This document shows, one piece after another, positions 61,292 through 64,000 of a DNA stretch of 64,000 nucleotides (the first letter of the stretch is position 1; the number at the start of each line of letters is the position of its first letter). Position numbers and translations under genes: made by a program. The stretch is taken from positions 38,607 to 102,606 of the forward strand of contig JAZGFI010000017.1 of NCBI GenBank assembly GCA_036479435.1, in the 5' to 3' direction. The notes under the pieces are model-generated. The model had not been told where the DNA came from. It saw only the letters and a program-made list of their open reading frames with translations, and made no database searches. The stretch is from Planctomycetota bacterium (lineage in GTDB: Bacteria > Planctomycetota > GCA-002687715 > DRQF01).

Positions 61292-63889
61292 ATGTCCACC
61301 AGCACTCCCGACCCATTCGATCTCAGCCGTGACCCCTTTCTGCGAGATGTTCCGGAGGTGGAGGGGTTCAAGGTTCTAGAACCCGTCGTGCTCTACGCCA
61401 AAATTGGGCAGGGCGGCATGGGTGCCGTCTACCGTGGCAAGCACCTTTCTTTGGACATCGACGTCGCCCTCAAGTGTCTTAAGCCCAGCTTGGCGATGGA
61501 GAGCGCTGAATTCGTTACTCGTTTCAAACGCGAAGCCCGCGTGGCGGCTGGCATCAATAGCGAAAACCTCATCCGGGTTTTTGACGTCAACGAAAGCCAT
61601 GGCCTTCATTACCTCATCATGGAGTTCGTCAGTGGTGAGTCCGCCCGGGAGCGCGTCGAGCGCAAGGGTGCCTTGGGGGTCGTAGAATCCCTGATCATCG
61701 TGCGGGGCGCGGCCATTGGCTTAGCGGCGGCGCACGCCAAAGGCGTCGTTCACCGCGACATCAAGCCCGACAACATCATGATCTCGACTACCGGCGAGGT
61801 GAAAGTCGCCGATCTCGGCTTGGCGAAAGCGGCCGAGGGTCTAGACCAACTCGAAACCCGAACGGGCATGGTCATGGGCACGCCCAACTACATGCCCCCG
61901 GAACAGTACTCGGATGCGAAGCGAGTGGGCCCGTCCGGCGATGTCTATGCCTTGGGGGTCACGCTGTACTATTTACTGGCGGGAGAAAACGCGATCGCAT
62001 CCGGGGCCTTGGTGCAAGTCATGCACCGCGTCTGTAACGAAGCCTTCCCTGACATTCGCCTGAAGCGCAGCGATCTTCCCGAGGGCTTGGCTGATCTGCT
62101 GAAAGAATGCACCGACAAAGATCCGGAGCAGCGTCCGCAGCGAGCCTCTGAAGTTGCCAAGCGTCTGATGGCTTTCTTATCCGTCGGCGAAGATGACTTC
62201 GGCGGCGTTCTCAGCGATTCTGATTCCTTGCATGACTTCGACGCTCGTAGCCTCTTGGTGTCTCCACCGCCCCAAAAAACACTGGCTCGGATCAAAGTCA
62301 AGGTGAAGGAATCATCCAACCCTTTTCTGGTGCCAACCAAGACGGGGAATCGCCCCAACGATCCATCATCAGCGGGGCCGAAACCGAAGGTTCGGCGATC
62401 GAAGCCCGAGAAACGAGCGAAGGCTGAGCCCCGCTCTGCCAAGTCCAATTCATGGATATTATTCCTGGCGCTCTTTGTGGCTGCGCTGGGCCTAGGAGGC
62501 GGTTTTTGGTGGACGAATCGCTCCCAGCCGCAGGACGGTGGGCCTTTTGATCGTCAAGCGAATGGCGTCGCAAAACCTGCGGGGAAAACGGAGCGTTTAC
62601 CGATCGAGAAAGCCGAGGTGTTGGCTGCCGATGTGATTTCTCCCTCGCTTTCGTTATCGGGCCTACCGTCCGAGACGGAAGATTCAGAGATCACCGTCAA
62701 AGGCCTTGCCTTGGATGAGAATCTCTCCAGCGTGCTGGTCGATGGTAAGCGTGCGGTGGTCGCAAAGGACGGACGTTTCTCGATCGTGGTGAAATTGCGT
62801 CTTGGTTCGAACTCGATCGTAGTTGCGGCCCAAGATCAAGCGGGGAATCGTGAAGAAAAGACGATTCGGATCGAGATGATTGAGGTCGACCGAAAAGATC
62901 CAGTCTTGTCTCTCATGGTCGTGCCGCGGCAGACGAGTGAGTCTGAGTGGCTGATCAAGGGGCAGGTCCGTGATGACAATCCGGTAGAAATCCATATCAA
63001 TGATCGGCGGACGACAGTGTCCATGTCCGGCGAGTTCTCAAGGAAGGTTTCGCTGCGCCTTGGTACGAACTCGATCGCGGTTAGGGCCCAAGATCAAGCG
63101 GGGAATCGGGCGGAAAAGAGTCTGAGTATTGAGCGTGTTGATGACCCATCGCCGGTTTTACTACTCAGGCAGCTTAACTCGGATTTGGCGATGGACTTTA
63201 AGCTCATTCAATCGGGTTCCTTTCAAATGGGAAGCCCGAGCTCAGAAAAGAACCGCGATGACGATGAAAAACGGCATCTCGTGACCTTGACTCGGGACTT
63301 CTACATGGCGAAAACCGAGCTTACACAGGGGCAATGGAAAGGCCTGATGAAGAGTCAGCCTTGGTCGGGCAAGGCCTACGTCAAGACCGGTGCGAATATT
63401 GCGGCCAGCTATCTTTCATGGGAGGACGCGCAGAAATACTGCGCCGCTATGAACCAACGCTATTCACATGGGAGCTGGAAATTTCGGCTTCCGACGGAGG
63501 CGGAGTGGGAGTTTTGCTGTCGGGCTGACAACTCTTCGGTCTTTTGTTTTGGGGAAAGCGAGTCCGGATTGGGAGCTTACGCGTGGTACGACAAGAATGC
63601 TTGGGACGTGGGGCAAAAGTACGCGAACGCGGTAGCTGCAAAAAAAGCGAACGCCTGGGGGCTTTACGACATGCACGGGAATGTCTGGGAATGGTGCCAG
63701 GATTGGTACGGCGAATATGGGGGAACCTCGAAAAATCCGGAAGGCCCGTCGTCGGGCTCCAATCGAGTCTTTCGGGGCGGCAGCTGGTTCTACGAGGCTC
63801 AGTTCTGTCGCTCCGCGAATCGCGACAGGTTCACCCCGGACCTCCGGTACAACTACCTGGGCTTTCGTCTCGTCTTGGCCCCCAAGTAA
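61292..63889 (+). CDS. Ser/Thr kinase - TM - two Ig-like repeats - FGE-sulfatase (CLec-fold) domain
   Basis: GQGGMG, HRDIKPDN, DLG, GTPNYMPPEQ; TM WILFLALFVAALGLGGGFWW; 2x LRLGxNSI..AQDQAGN; FQMGS, RLPTEAEWE, NAWGLYDMHGNVWEW, RGGSW, GFR. Confidence 0.92.
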   Translation: MSTSTPDPFDLSRDPFLRDVPEVEGFKVLEPVVLYAKIGQGGMGAVYRGKHLSLDIDVALKCLKPSLAMESAEFVTRFKREARVAAGINSENLIRVFDVNESHGLHYLIMEFVSGESARERVERKGALGVVESLIIVRGAAIGLAAAHAKGVVHRDIKPDNIMISTTGEVKVADLGLAKAAEGLDQLETRTGMVMGTPNYMPPEQYSDAKRVGPSGDVYALGVTLYYLLAGENAIASGALVQVMHRVCNEAFPDIRLKRSDLPEGLADLLKECTDKDPEQRPQRASEVAKRLMAFLSVGEDDFGGVLSDSDSLHDFDARSLLVSPPPQKTLARIKVKVKESSNPFLVPTKTGNRPNDPSSAGPKPKVRRSKPEKRAKAEPRSAKSNSWILFLALFVAALGLGGGFWWTNRSQPQDGGPFDRQANGVAKPAGKTERLPIEKAEVLAADVISPSLSLSGLPSETEDSEITVKGLALDENLSSVLVDGKRAVVAKDGRFSIVVKLRLGSNSIVVAAQDQAGNREEKTIRIEMIEVDRKDPVLSLMVVPRQTSESEWLIKGQVRDDNPVEIHINDRRTTVSMSGEFSRKVSLRLGTNSIAVRAQDQAGNRAEKSLSIERVDDPSPVLLLRQLNSDLAMDFKLIQSGSFQMGSPSSEKNRDDDEKRHLVTLTRDFYMAKTELTQGQWKGLMKSQPWSGKAYVKTGANIAASYLSWEDAQKYCAAMNQRYSHGSWKFRLPTEAEWEFCCRADNSSVFCFGESESGLGAYAWYDKNAWDVGQKYANAVAAKKANAWGLYDMHGNVWEWCQDWYGEYGGTSKNPEGPSSGSNRVFRGGSWFYEAQFCRSANRDRFTPDLRYNYLGFRLVLAPK
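62797..63118 (+). repeat. Internal direct repeat (duplicated Ig-like domain, 258-bp period)
   Basis: Identical 24-mer GGCCCAAGATCAAGCGGGGAATCG at 62827 and 63085 within longer similar blocks. Confidence 0.8.
63755..63880 (+). other. Candidate DGR variable region
   Basis: Non-conserved residues of the RGGSW...GFR end are mostly NNC codons (TTC TAC..TTC..GAC..TTC..CTC..TAC AAC TAC); GC hairpins follow the stop. Confidence 0.5.
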
Positions 63890-64000
63890 GAACAGCTGCC
63901 GCGGAGCGGCTGCAAGTGAGAACAGGCGGAGCCGCGCTGCGCTTCGCCCCAAGAGTGAGGGCGGAGCCCGAAGCGATCGGGCGAAGTGCAGTGTGGCGGA

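Noticed and set aside
62797..63118. Direct repeat considered as a DGR TR/VR pair
   Set aside because: Both copies are in frame at an 86-aa period and differences are not adenine-specific; it is an Ig-domain duplication.
55253..63889. Genomic island downstream of the tRNA-Ser pair
   Set aside because: Looks slightly AT-richer by eye but not quantified; no integrase or att duplication, and a transporter gene intervenes.

Overview
GC-rich bacterial DNA. Gene content (ECF sigma factors fused to or paired with Ser/Thr kinases, many TPR and secreted proteins) suggests Planctomycetota; this is an inference. About 45 CDSs and three tRNAs (Met-CAT, Ser-CGA, Ser-GGA) are supported; no CRISPR array, rRNA, transposase or integrase was seen. 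Housekeeping-type genes include a DAHP synthase, a Lon-like protease, UbiD, mutY, tadA and an Ala/Gly symporter. Two features stand out. (1) A ~13.4 kb same-strand array of 8 exported amidohydrolase-fold genes (9 domains) in which only one domain keeps the metal-binding residues, suggesting a pseudoenzyme-rich heteromeric complex. (2) A membrane Ser/Thr kinase whose C-terminal FGE-sulfatase (CLec-fold) end resembles a diversity-generating-retroelement (DGR) variable region and is followed by GGA-triloop hairpins; no template repeat or reverse transcriptase was seen in the window. Also noted: a 32-bp-arm REP-like palindrome, a covarying tandem hairpin pair after tRNA-Met, a possible internal start in an ECF fusion, and a bias for Gln at +1 after signal peptides. 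Start codons were chosen by eye from RBS and signal-peptide context, and all family calls come from motif recognition without database searches.
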